DNA of 64,000 nucleotides from Eledone cirrhosa. Lineage: Eukaryota. Shown here one piece after another: positions 11,877 through 24,072 of the stretch (position 1 is its first letter; the number at the start of each line of letters is the position of its first letter). The notes under the pieces are model-generated. The model was not told where the DNA came from and made no database searches. It saw only the letters and a list, made by a program, of their open reading frames with translations. The stretch lies in contig OZ024761.1 in NCBI GenBank assembly GCA_964016885.1, forward strand, positions 4,092,001 through 4,156,000. The letters are read 5' to 3'. Both the position numbers and the translations under genes were made by a program.

Positions 11877-13812
11877 TATTACAGCTCCCACCTATGTAGG
11901 TTTAGCTGGCTACCTGTGAGGTTTTGTCATAGGTTTCTCAGGTGTTATAATGATAGGGACCCCAGTCATACCATGTTGTTGTTACAGCTCCCACCTATGT
12001 AGGTTTAGCTGGATTCCTGTGAGGTTTTGTCATAGGTTTCTCTGGTGTTATAATGATAGGGACCCCAGTCATACCATGTTGTTGTTACAGCTCCCACCTA
12101 TGTAGGTTTAGCTGGCTTCCTGTGAAGTTTTGTCATAGGTTTCTCAGGTGTTATAATGATAGGGACCCCAGTCATACCTTGTTGTTGTTACAGCTCCCAC
12201 CTATGTAGGTTTAGCTGGATTCCTGTGAGGTTTTGTCTGAGGTTTCTCAGGTGTTATAATGATAGGGACCCCAGTCATACCATGTTGTTGTTACAGCTCC
12301 CACCTATGTAGGTTTAGCTGGATTCCTGTGAGGTTTTATCATAGGTTTCTCAGGTGTTATAATGATAGGGACCCCAGTCATACCATGTTGTTGTTACAGC
12401 TCCCACCTATGTAGGTTTAGCTGGATTCCTGTGAGGTTTTGTCATAGGTTTCTCAGGTGTTATAATGATAGGGACCCCAGTCATACCATGTTGTTGTTAC
12501 AGCTCCCACCTATGTAGGTTTAGCTGGATTCCTGTGAGGTTTTGTCATAGGTTTCTCTGGTGTTATAATGATAGGGACCCTAGTCATACCATGTTGTTGT
12601 TACAGCTCCCACCTATGTAGGTTTAGCTGGATTCCTGTGAGGTTTTGTCATAGGTTTCTCTGGTGTTATAATGATAGGGACCCCAGTCATACCATGCTGT
12701 TGTTACAGCTCCCACCTATGTAGGTTTAGCTGGCTACCTGTGAGGTTTTGTCATAGGTTTCTCAGGTGTTATAATGATAGGGACCCCAGTCATACCATGT
12801 TGTTGTTACAGCTCCCACCTATGTAGGTTTAGCTGGCTACCTGTGAGGTTTTGTCATAGGTTTCTCAGGTGTTATAATGATAGGGACCCCAGTCATACCA
12901 TGTTGTTGTTACAGCTCCCACCTATGTAGGTTTAGCTGGCTTCCTGTGAAGTTTTGTCATAGGTTTCTCAGGTGTTATAATGATAGGGACCCCAGTCATA
13001 CCTTGTTGTTGTTACAGCTCCCACCTATGTAGGTTTAGCTGGCTTCCTGTGAGGTTTTGTCATAGGTTTCTCAGGTGTTATAATGATAGGGACCCCAGTC
13101 ATACCATGTTGTTGTTACAGCTCCCACCTATGTAGGTTTAGCTGGATTCCTGTGAGGTTTTGTCATAGGTTTCTCAGGTGTTATAATGATAGGGACCCCA
13201 GTCATACCATGTTGTTGTTACAGCTCCCACCTATGTAGGTTTAGCTGGATTCCTGTGAGGTTTTGTCATAGGTTTCTCTGGTGTTATAATTATAGGGACT
13301 CCAGTCATACCATGTTGTTGTTACAGCTCCCACCTATGTAGGTTTAGCTGGCTTCCTGTGAAGTTTTGTCATAGGTTTCTCAGGTGTTATAATGATAGGG
13401 ACCCCAGTCATACCTTGTTGTTGTTACAGCTCCCACCTATGTAGGTTTAGCTGGCTTCCTGTGAAGTTTTGTCATAGGTTTCTCAGGTGTTATAATGATA
13501 GGGACCCCAGTCATACCATGTTGTTGTTACAGCTCCCACCTATGTAGGTTTAGCTGGCTACCTGTGAGGTTTTGTCATAGGTTTCTCAGGTGTTATAATG
13601 ATAGGGACCCCAGTCATACCATGTTGTTGTTACAGCTCCCACCTATGTAGGTTTAGCTGGCTTCCTGTGAGGTTTTGTCATAGGTTTCTCTGGTGTTATA
13701 ATGATAGGGACCCCAGTCATACCATGTTGTTGTTACAGCTCCCACCTATGTAGGTTTAGCTGGCTACCTGTGAGGTTTTGTCATAGGTTTCTCAGGTGTT
13801 ATAATGACAGGG
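11877..13812. repeat. 103-bp tandem repeat, about 19 units, probably SINE-derived
   Basis: Period 11881 to 11984; a diverged monomer at about 14125-14220 is attached to a minus-strand SINE head. Confidence 0.95.
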
Positions 13813-13830
13813 GCTACTCATTCCCAGCAT

Positions 13831-13861
<31 letters not shown>

Positions 13862-14005
13862 GTAATAATAATAAATTTGAAGACTAAAATCAAAAGAGGA
13901 CTCGATAAGGATAAATATATATCAGATATATAAGAACCGTAGAGCAAATATTTATTAAAATAACAGATTAAAGTTTAAGCTAAGAATCGCTGCACCGCTT
14001 TCATC

Positions 14006-14119
<114 letters not shown>

Positions 14120-14121
14120 AG

Positions 14122-14325
14122 TGTTGTTACAGCCCACACCAATATAGGTTTAACTTTCCTCCTACAAAGTTTTATCTCACAGGATGTTTCTCAGGTGTTT
14201 TAATGATAGGGCCTCCAGACATGACAAGCCACAAGAAATGAAGGATCTTGCTCAAGAACACAACATGCCACCTGGTTAAGCAATCATCCCCAACACTGTT
14301 GAGTCAAACACCCTAACACTAGGAC
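14122..14325 (-). mobile_element. Old tRNA-derived SINE
   Basis: Minus strand reads tagtgttagggtgtttgactc...gttgtgttcttgagcaagatccttcattt, followed by a body ending ctgtaacaac. Confidence 0.6.
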
Positions 14326-14349
14326 ACCTGACATAACAGGTGCTATGTT

Positions 14350-15915
14350 ACCGTGACCTACAGTGGTCACCTATACTAGTGACCTCTAGTGGTGACCTAT
14401 AGCATAGTGACCTATAGCATAGTGACTTCTAGTAGTGACCTATAGTAGTGACCTATAGTAGTGACTTCTAGTAGTGACCTGTGGTATGTTACAGTGACCT
14501 ATACTACAGTGACGTATAGTACAGTGACCTGTGGTGTGGTACAGTGACCTGTGGTGTGGTACAGTGACCTGTGGTGTGGTACAGTGACCTGTGGTGTGGT
14601 ACAGTGACCTGTGGTGTGGTGCAGTGACCTGTGGTGTGGTACAGTGACCTGTGGTGTGGTACAGTGACCTGTGGTGTTGTACAATGACCTGTGGTGTGGT
14701 ACAGTGACCTGTGGTGTGGTGCAGTGACCTGTGGTGTGGTGCAGTGACCTGTGGTGTGGTACAGTGACCTGTGGTGTGGTACAGTGACCTGTGGTGTTGT
14801 ACAATGACCTGTGGTGTGGTACAGTGACCTGTGGTGTGGTACAGTGACCTGTGGTGTGGTACAGTGACATGTGGTGTGGTACAGTGACCTGTGGTGTGGT
14901 ACAGTGACCTGTGGTGTGGTACTGTGACCTGTGGTGTGGTGTGGTACAGTGACCTGGGGTGTGGTGTGGTACAGTGACCTGTGATGTGGTACAGTGACCT
15001 GTGGTGTGGTGTGGTACAGTGACCTGTGGTGTGGTACAGTGACCTGTGGTGTGGTACTGTGACCTGTGGTGTGGTGTGGTACAGTGACCTGTGGTGTGGT
15101 GTGGTACAGTGACCTGTGATGTGGTACAGTGACCTGTGGTGTGGTGTGGTACAGTGACCTGTGGTGTGGTACAGTGACCTGTGGTGTGGTACTGTGACCT
15201 GTGGTGTGGTGTGGTACAGTGACCTGTGGTGTGGTACAGTGACCTGTGGTGTGGTACTGTGACCTGTGGTGTGGTGTGGTACAGTGACCTGTGATGTGGT
15301 ACAGTGACCTGTGGTGTGGTACTGTGACCTGTGGTGTGGTACAGTGACCTGTGGTGTGGTACAGTGACCTGTGGTGTGGTACAGTGACCTGTGATATGGT
15401 ACAGTGACCTGTGGTGTGGTGTGGTACAGTGACCTGTGGTGTGGTACAGTGACCTGTGGTGTGGTACAGTGACCTGTGGTGTGGTACAGTGACCTGTGGT
15501 GTGGTACAGTGACCTGTGGTGTGGTGTGGTACAGTGACCTGTGGTGTGGTACAGTGACCTGTGGTGTGGTACTGTGACCTGTGGTGTGGTGTGGTACAGT
15601 GACCTGTGATGTGGTACAGTGACCTGTGATGTGGTACAGTGACCTGTGGTGTGGTACAGTGACCTGTGGTGTGGTACAGTGACCTGTGGTGTGGTACAAT
15701 GACCTGTGGTGTGGTACTGTGACCTGGGGTGTGGTACAGTGACCTGGGGTGTGGTACAGTGACCTGGGGTGTGGTACAGTGACCTGTGGTGTGGTGTGGT
15801 ACAGTGACCTGTGGTGTGGTATAGTGACCTGTGGTGTGGTACAGTGACATGTGGTGTGGTGTGGTACAGTGACCTGTGGTGTGGTACAATGACCTGTGGT
15901 GTGGTACAGTGACCC
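14350..15915. repeat. 20/25-bp minisatellite (acagtgacctgtggtgtggt[gtggt]) with a degenerate left edge
   Basis: Directly visible; the His/Thr-rich ORFs are artefacts of it. Confidence 0.97.
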
Positions 15916-16100
15916 TAGAAATGGAAGTTTTCATCTTAACAACGGACAATTCAACGAGTTTGTGCTTATGTAATAATAATTGAGAAATACCTCGTCAAGG
16001 ACTTGATTAAATTAGTTTCTATTCAAGTAATAATTAAGACATACCTAATCATAGACTTAATTAAAAATCTTACATAATTACATACTGATGAAACATTTTA

Positions 16101-16148
<48 letters not shown>

Positions 16149-17381
16149 CAGGGTGTAACTGGTAAATTGGGACAAGTTTCAAATGGGTAAATTTCTAACT
16201 GTATAGATTTTGTTGGAGTCTACATTTTAAATTTTACCATCTTGAATAATCACTTGTACTATTTTTTATTTCATATTGAACAAATTATGAATGTTAATAG
16301 AGGATTAAACAGCAGAAATGTCATTGCCAAATTATTCCACACTGCCAAAAGTGCTGGGTAGAGTGTTAGAGCCACAAAGTATACCAAATCTACTGTTTTT
16401 AGAGTTGTAGTCAATTTGAAGAAAAGTGAGGATGTTCAGAGAAAGCCTCCCAGTCCTCCCAGTGACTGAAAACACACATCTCGTTTCTTAGCAAAACTTA
16501 AAAGATTGATTTAGTCAAACCCATTAAAATTGATGGCAAAGTTGGCTGAAGATCGAGGAATCAGTAAAATGACTGTTTCTAGGGCTGTGAGACAAGACCT
16601 CTGTATGAAATCGTACGTGACGAGACACAGTAACATCCTAACTACCTGCTCCAAAGCCATTTGAGCTGAAGTCCTAAACTTCTTTGTCATCTGAAACATC
16701 ATGGCAGAGATGTTCGTATCTTTCTGGATGAAAAGAAGTTCATGGTTGACAAAGTTGCAAACCATCAAAAGACACAAATGATAGCATACGGCCCTTCCCA
16801 TGTTCCTTCAGCTATGTATAGCAAGAGTTCAGCTTCTATTATGGTCTTTGGAGCTGTTGCAAGTGATAGGAAATTGATGCCTCCTCATTTTATTGACGCG
16901 AGTCTTAAAATCAACACAGCAAGGTATTTCAAAGTCTTAGAAGTTTTGTTGCCATGGTTTAGGAAGTATTATGATGCAAGTCGAGTCATGTTTGTACAGG
17001 TCTCTGCGACCACCCATTCTTCAAAAGGAATGCAAGAAGGTTTGAAGAAGGAATTGTCTATGTTTGTCCCCAAAGATATCTGGTCCTCTAGCAGCTAGAT
17101 AGTCTGGTGAGCTAGAGTCTAGCTCACCAGACTTGAATCTGTGTGATCTTTGTCTATGGGGCACAGTTGAAGCAATATCCAACACAACTTCTCACAACTG
17201 TCTTCACTGAAGGATTTGTTCAAGCGAGCATTTGGTAAAATGATAAAGGAAGCAAATAGCGTCACATTGAACTGAAATAAGTGCTGAACACTCCACAATA
17301 TATTGGCAGAAACATAAAATTTGCTGTGTTTGATTTTTCCAAGTTATACCAGTTATAATAAAGATATTTGAATGGTCCCAT
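16149..17381 (+). mobile_element. maT/Tc1-mariner DNA transposon relic
   Basis: TA-CAGGGTGT terminus; remnants DEKKFMVD, IMVFGAVAS...MPPHF and SPDLNLCD; the 3' TIR is reduced to gtccca. Confidence 0.8.
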
Positions 17382-17462
17382 AAGTATATGCCTGTACATG
17401 GTGATTCAGTTCGGATCTAGCTGTTAAAACGGTAGCTCAGCCGCTGGGGTCCTGAATCTTTC

Positions 17463-17742
17463 ATATATATATCAATGATATTAATAAATGGAAACTATAT
17501 TTATAAAACCATATTTATTCTATTATATATATTTCAAGGGTACCAAGAGTACTTTACTATCCAGGTAAAACTTGAACCGTTAAGGTCTCATTCATGGATA
17601 TGTCAATATTTATAAAACAAGTTCTGTATTTTATCTGATGAGAGCGTACCAGTTTTGGTACCCTTGAAATATATATAATAGAATAAATATGGTTTTATAA
17701 ATATAGCTTCCATTTATTAATATCATTGATATATATATATAT
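17463..17742 (+). mobile_element. Fold-back element carrying a hammerhead ribozyme (Penelope-like pseudo-LTR or retrozyme-like), family 1
   Basis: About 17465-17544 is an inverted copy of about 17656-17735; flanked by (TA)n; second copy at 35026-35196. Confidence 0.7.
17627..17685 (+). ncRNA. Type I hammerhead ribozyme motif with minimal palindromic stem III
   Basis: tattttat-CTGATGA-gagcgtacc(agtttt)ggtaccctt-GAAA-tatata-TA-atagaata. Confidence 0.8.
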
Positions 17743-17744
17743 AG

Positions 17745-18437
17745 ACCTGGGCGCTGAAGGTGGAAGACTTACGTAGATTAGAGAGAAACGAAGCCTGCAT
17801 GCTCCGATGGATGTGTAACAATAATATACGTGAACGACAAAGCATAAATGAATTGAGAGAGAGACTGAGCATAAGAGGAATCAAATGCTGTGTGCAGGAG
17901 AGGCGGTTGCGCTAGTATGGACATGTGATGCGTATGAAGGATGACAGCTGCATAAAAAGGTGCAGAGTACTAGAAGTTGATGGAAACCGCGGAGTGGGGA
18001 GACCCAAGATGACCTGGGATGAGGTGATAAAAGCCGACCTTACCCAATTACACCTCTCAAAGGCGATGACACACGACCGTGACTTCTGGTGTCACGCAGT
18101 AATTCAGAGTACCCGACCTCCCATGGGTACAAGCTGAAGCATATAGACAATATGCCCCCACACCCCCCACCGCAAGGTGGTCGTGGAGGTGCCACGGCAA
18201 AAAAGCACCCAGCCCACACTGTAAAGTGGACGTGTAGGCGCCACGAAAAAGCACCCAGCACTCACTGTAAATGAGGTTGGTGCTAGGAAGGGCATCCAGC
18301 TGTAGAAATCAAGCCAAATCAGTTCCTGTATGAGCAAGGCATGGTCAGCCGACCAGACACTGCCCACAACAGGACAACCCGTCTAACCCATGCTAGCGTG
18401 GAAGAACGGACGTAAAACGGTGATGATGATGATGATG
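17745..18437 (+). mobile_element. RTE LINE 3' fragment (family B) with 3' UTR and (GAT)n tail
   Basis: RLERNEACMLRWMC...GRPKMTWDEVI; the UTR is shared with the SINEs and with 37879-38292. Confidence 0.88.
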
Positions 18438-18586
18438 ATATATATATATATTTATATATATATATATAGATATGCCACCAGTTCTTTGAGGAAAACAACA
18501 CCACACTTCGGGACAGGGCATATCAAAGGATTGAAATAACAGAGGTAAACTATGTTCCACCATTATGTTTTTCTGTTTAAGTTCTA

Positions 18587-18647
18587 GCTGTCTGATGAGG
18601 TCATAGCTGTTGAATAATGGTTATCACCGAAATATGATTATCACAGC
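18587..18647 (+). ncRNA. Type I hammerhead ribozyme motif, family 2
   Basis: gctgt-CTGATGA-ggtcatagctgtt(gaat)aatggttatcacc-GAAA-ta(tgat)ta-TC-acagc; all three stems pair. Confidence 0.85.
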
Positions 18648-18743
18648 AAATATGATTAAACGAAGTTAATTTTAACCTGTTGACTTACACTTCTTGTTTA
18701 TATATATATATATTTATATATAGTAATAATAATAATATATATA

Positions 18744-19652
18744 CAGGGTGTAGACGATATTTGTTCGCAATTTTCAACTGCTAATTTTATGCTAATTTTT
18801 TTTACTTCCGTTGTCACCCTTGTCTTCATAAAAACAGTGACTATATTTCCGTTATTTATTTTCAGAATAATTGATTATGAACAATTTTGAACCTCCAAAT
18901 TTGTGGAAGAAGCAGCAGGAGAATGGTGGAAAAGGTCAGAGAGGAATTGGAAGATTCAAGATTCGACTACGAAGCAACATCAGAGAGGAAAACACATGAT
19001 CAACGAGAAGATCAACTCCCAGAACAACAGGTGGCTCGCTGTCTTATCCAAAGACATGCCCTGAGTCATACAGACAAAGTTTCCAGCGACAACATTGGTC
19101 TTAGGTGTCGTCAGCAGTCAAGGTCACATCATGCCACCTCACTTTTTCCCTGAAGGCCTCAAGCTGAACACCGATGGCTACATCCGCGTTCTGAGCGAGG
19201 TAGTAAAGCCCTGGATCAACCAGGTAGCTGCAGGTAGGCCGTACGTGTGGCAGCAAGACTCAGCGCCCTGCCATACCAGCCGAAAGACCCAAGCCTGGCT
19301 GTCAGAGAACTTCGTCGACCACACTTCATCTGACATCAGGCCTCCCCCTCGACTTCTTTGTGTGGGGCGCAGTGGAACGAGATACCAACAGATCTAGCTG
19401 CAATACGAAAGACGATCTGAAGGCCAGGATCACAAGTGCCTTTAGGGGTCTAAGTCGAGGGACAGTGACGAAGGCCTGTAGCCGGTTCCGAGGCCGTCAT
19501 CAAGGTCAATGGCGGGTTTATCGAGTGAGATCGAAAGAACAAGTCATGAAGACAAACTGACCCAGGTTTGATAAATATATCTTAAAAAATAAAACTACTG
19601 TGTTATTTTTTCCTAGACAGTAATCTTGCAAACAAATATTGTCCGCACCCTA
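18744..19652 (+). mobile_element. maT/Tc1-mariner transposon, internally deleted, both TIRs present
   Basis: TIRs cagggtgtagacgatatttgttcgcaa and ttgcaaacaaatattgtccgcacccta, TA-flanked; VLGVVSS..HIMPPHFF...WQQDSAPCHTS transposase motifs. Confidence 0.9.
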
Positions 19653-19664
19653 TATATATATTTA

Positions 19665-20040
19665 AGTAATTACCAAATACATTTTTACATTAAATATTGA
19701 TTAACGAACGTTTTGTCAGATTAAATTTTAAATGTAAACATATCTTCTGACTGCTGGTTGGTTTGGTGAGACAATGAGACTTTTACTTATAAATAATTGA
19801 TTTTGATACGTCCCAATAGGGGTACGAAATGTTCATAAACCAATATTTAATGTAAAAACGTATTTGGTAATTAATGAATAATTTGCTTCATATGTAATTA
19901 TTATTTTTAACAGAAAAGGATTTTGTACAGATGCTTGTTTGAAAACATTCTTCAAAGAGGTATGAAACAGCCTTTTCTACTGCTTATTATAATAAATTAC
20001 TGTATTTTGAGCTGTTTTAACTTCTGTATCTGTTTCCAGT
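19665..20040 (+). mobile_element. Fold-back element with a degenerate hammerhead motif (19796-19844)
   Basis: Inverted arms at about 19667-19713 and 19827-19873; the downstream tail is similar to 33015-33190. Confidence 0.55.
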
Positions 20041-20078
20041 TTTTTATAGTGTTTTTGTAAAAAATGATATCCTTTTCA

Positions 20079-20122
<44 letters not shown>

Positions 20123-20309
20123 TAACAAACAAGTAGTTTATCGCTCTACATGGCTGAATACAATAAATGTAATCTGAGTTTTTTGAATACTAATAATAAT
20201 ACTCGATTCGTTTGCAGCAAGAATGATGTGGTCATTCTACTGACATGGCTTTTAAAGGGGCTGTTTTCATAATTGTAAACAAATCAAGTATTATTATTAA
20301 TATTCGAAA

Positions 20310-20357
<48 letters not shown>

Positions 20358-20369
20358 TTAATATAGATG

Positions 20370-20420
20370 AGATTCTACAGGACTAGAACTGTTTCATTCT
20401 TTAGAACTCATCAGGAATCT
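20370..20420 (-). ncRNA. Type I hammerhead ribozyme motif, sense to the Mondo pre-mRNA
   Basis: Reverse complement: agattc-CTGATGA-gttc(taaa)gaat-GAAA-cag(ttctagtc)ctg-TA-gaatct. Confidence 0.85.
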
Positions 20421-20628
20421 GGGTATCAAAAAATAAATCTGGTATAATTCTTTAAAGCTATAATTTATATTTAGAGTAACAAACTCTAAATATAAATTAT
20501 AGCTTTAAAGAATTAGCTTTTAATGAATTTCCTTTTCTATCAACCAATGACCTCCACCCTTACCACTCCCTACCCTCTCCTACCACCTGAAGAGACCTAT
20601 AAATACCATATTTATTTTTTGATACCCA

Positions 20629-20677
20629 GATTCCTGATGATTTCTAAAGAATGAAACAGTTCTAGTCCTGTAGAATC
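20629..20677 (+). ncRNA. Type I hammerhead ribozyme motif with the first stem II pair mutated
   Basis: gattc-CTGATGA-tttc(taaa)gaat-GAAA-cag(ttctagtc)ctg-TA-gaatc. Confidence 0.8.
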
Positions 20678-20760
20678 GCATCTATATTAAAACTTTTATA
20701 CTCTGCTATGTATTGAGTACCTTACTTACTGTGGTTACCTCCGATTCAACCCGGAATAAC

Positions 20761-20809
<49 letters not shown>

Positions 20810-21193
20810 AAAAAAGGAAAAGAATGACTTCACTTGTAGTTGATGTTCTATAACAATTTAATTTTATAATTTTGCTATGTAGATCTAATAAGTCCTTTGT
20901 TAACTTCGGTGGAGAGTTTTTGAAAATCCTGTTTAACTTTCTGGAGAACTTTCTTGCATTCGTTGGTGACGATTGTCAAATTCATCTAAAGTTGTAATGT
21001 GTTGGTGTATATATAAATAATTGGGTGGGGGGTCTTGGAAAGTGTCACTGAGGTGTAAAGTACATGTCATCTTTTGGGGAAAATAAAATAAAAACAAAGA
21101 GAAAAATTAAGATGATTGATTGAGGGTGACTATGGGAGGTGTTGGGGGTGAGGGAGCCATTGTGATGGTGATATATATATATATATATATATA

Positions 21194-21640
21194 TGGAGGC
21201 ACATGGCTTAGTGGTTAGAGCATTGGCCTTGCAATCGAAAGGTTGTGAGTTCAGTTCTCGGACCGGGTGATGTGTTGTTTCCTTGAGCAAGACACTTTAT
21301 TTCACATTGCTCCAGTTTACTCAACTGTAGAAATGAGATGATAGGACTGGGGTCCCTATCATTCCACTACAAAGTGGTCGTGGAGGTCCCATGGCAAAAA
21401 AGCACCCAGCCCACACTGTAAAGTGAATGTGTAGGCGCCATGGAAAAAAGCACCCAGCACTCACTGTAAATCAGGTTGGTGTTAGGAAGGGGATCCAGCT
21501 GTAGAAATCAAGCCAGAATCAGTTCCCGTATGAGCAAGACATGATCAGCCGACCGGCTACTGCCCACAACAGGACAACCCGTCTAACCCATGCTAGCGTG
21601 GAAGAACAGACGTAAAACGGTGATGATGATGATTATGATG
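21194..21640 (+). mobile_element. tRNA-derived SINE with the full RTE family B tail
   Basis: Same head as 3083; the 3' half matches 18175-18437. Confidence 0.9.
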
Positions 21641-21779
21641 CATGGTCCTGTAACTCCTGAATGAGTTGAAGTGGCAAATAGCAGCGTTACCAGGGTATTT
21701 TAAGCCAGGCAAAGCCGATCCCCTGTCTAGGTCTGAATACAGCAGAGAAAGACAGGAAGTGAGAAAGAGATAAAGAGGA

Positions 21780-22130
21780 AGAATCGACCCCAGTACTAGA
21801 CTGGTACTTTTGTTATCAACCTCAAAAGGATGAAAGGCAAAGTAAACCTCAGAAAGACCTGAATTCAGAAAGCTGGAACACCAAAAAGCATTCAATCCAA
21901 CATTCCAACAACTTTGTCAATTGTCACCTTGCTATAACATCATCTCAGCATTACCTAGGTAAATGTAGATTTACTCTTTAACTTATTTCAGTCAGTGATC
22001 TATGGTCATGCTGGGGCACAGCCTTGATTTAGTTTATCATATTAACCCCAGTGTTTATCTTTTCATGTCTAGTGCTTATTTTATCAATCTGTTTTGTCAA
22101 ACTGCTAAGTTATGAGTCATAAACAGACAC
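21780..22130 (-). mobile_element. Degenerate SINE fragments
   Basis: Deu/Nin-like core at 21780-21880; ttactcttt...ttcagtca...catgctggggcac tail at 21970-22025 is complementary to the tail at 6310-6358. Confidence 0.55.
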
Positions 22131-22257
22131 ACACACACACTAGTACTTTAGTTAGTGGCTCCAGCATTAACACTTTACATAATGTACAGGGTGCTTTCAT
22201 GTATTTTGGGGCCCTATCTGACACATTTGTGAAATTTATTCAACTGTACATTTGTTT

Positions 22258-22473
22258 CTCACACTACATGGACCATTCTCTCCATGTTACACTACATGGA
22301 CCACTCTCTCCAGATAATGTAAAGAGCTACATGTTACTTACACTGCATGAACCACACTCTCCAGATAATGTAAAGAGCTACATGTTACTTACACTACATG
22401 GACCACTCTCTCCAGATAATGTAAAGAGCTACATGTTACTTACACTGCATGAACCACTCTCTCCATATAATGT
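22258..22473. repeat. 51-bp tandem duplication spanning the Mondo exon 3' end and splice donor
   Basis: Units start at 22330, 22381 and 22432, with partial copies to the left. Confidence 0.9.
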
Positions 22474-22550
22474 TGTTAAGACGTACTATCTCCTTGCCTC
22501 GCAGTCTCATCCCTTTGAATGGTTTCCATTTCGGGGACACGATTTTCCCA
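22444..22550 (-). CDS. MLXIP: Mondo/MLXIP-ChREBP family exon in the N-terminal Mondo conserved region, GKIVSPKWKPFKGMRLRGKEIVRLNNIIWREWFMQ
   Basis: Strong acceptor tttttgtctttcattccag and donor CAGT|gtaagt; 107 nt, phase 2 to 1; closely matches the recalled MondoA motif GKLVSPKWKNFKGLKLQWRDKIRLNNAIWRAWYMQ. Confidence 0.93.
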
Positions 22551-22724
22551 CTGGAATGAAAGACAAAAAAGAATAAAGGGTCAAATAGTTGAGAGAAACA
22601 ACAACAAAACAAAGAAGTGCAAAGACATTATGGCCTCATGTTCTTGAGCAAGACACTTCATTTCTTGGTGTCAGCTCAACTTCTCTTCTCCACAACCCCA
22701 CCATTGTCAGTTTCATCGCTACTA

Positions 22725-24017
22725 TGAACACCACCACCACCACTACCACCAACACCACCACCACCACACCACCACCACCACACCAACACCATCACCAGCA
22801 CCACCACACCATTACCACCACCACCACACCATCACCACCACTAAAACCACACCAACACCATCACCACCACCACCACCACCACCACCATCACAGGTGAACA
22901 CCACACCCCACACATACAATCACAACTGTTGTATATTTAATCACCATCAATCACCAAGTGCCCCCCCCCCACCATCAATCAAAAAGTCCCACCCCAACCT
23001 ACCACCAAGTCCTACCATCATGTAATACAATACTAAAACAAGACAATTCATTATAAAAACCACCACCAACAACAACACCACCACCACCATTGCCACCACC
23101 ACCAACACCACCACTAACACCAACACTGCCACCAACACCAACGCCAACACCACCAACAACACCAACACCACCAACACCACCAACACCGCCAACACCACCA
23201 CCACCAACACCACCACCGCCAACACCACCAACACCACCAAGAACACCAACACCACCACTAACAACACAACCACCACCACCAACACCACCACTAACACCAA
23301 CACCGCCACCGCCAACACCACCAACAACACCAACAACACCGCCACTGCCAACACCACCACCACCAACACCACCACCACCAAGAACACCAACACCAACACC
23401 ACCACTAACAACACCAACACAACCACTAACAACACCACCACCAACAACAACACCAACACCACCACTAACACCAACACCAACAACACCACCAACACCACCG
23501 CCAATACCACCACTAACACCAACAACACCACTGCCAACACCACCACTAACAACAACACCACCACCAACACCACTGCCAACACCACCACCACTAACACCAA
23601 CACCAACACCACCAACACCACCGCCAACACCAGCATCACCACCACTAACACCACCACCAACACCAACACCACCACTAACAACACCATCAACACCACTACC
23701 ACCAACACCACCACTAACACCACCACTAACACCAACACCAACACCACCACCAACAACACCAACACCTGTATCCTACTGTGTGAGTGTGAGTGTGTCTGTG
23801 TGTGTGTGTGTGTGGTGTATGGTATGGTGTGTGGTGTGTGTGTGTGTGTGTGTGTGGTGTGTGGTATGGTGTGTGGTGTGTGTGTGTGTGTGTGTGTGTA
23901 TGGTGTGTGTGTGTGTATGTGTGTGTGGGTGGTGTGTGTGTGGTGTGTGTGTGTGTGTGGTGTGTGTGTGGTGTGTGTGTGGTGTGTGTGTGTGGTGTGT
24001 GTGTGTGGTGTGTGTGT

Positions 24018-24072
<55 letters not shown>

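Larger units (their letters stand above)
20354..20760. mobile_element. Fold-back element with two oppositely oriented hammerheads (family 3) and an internal hairpin of about 32 bp
   Basis: Arms 20354-20443 and 20603-20694 are inverted; hairpin at 20446-20514; flanked by (TA)n. Confidence 0.75.

Noticed and set aside
11885-11920. Plus-strand exon after tttttattacag
   Set aside because: It is the first unit of a SINE-derived tandem repeat
14440-15949. Long His/Thr-rich ORFs
   Set aside because: Translations of a stop-free minisatellite
16085-16095. CTGATGAAAC (also CTGAAGA at 20587) as hammerhead cores
   Set aside because: No supporting stems
22112-22576. Plus-strand 154-aa ORF
   Set aside because: Antisense shadow of the Mondo exon and the 51-bp repeat
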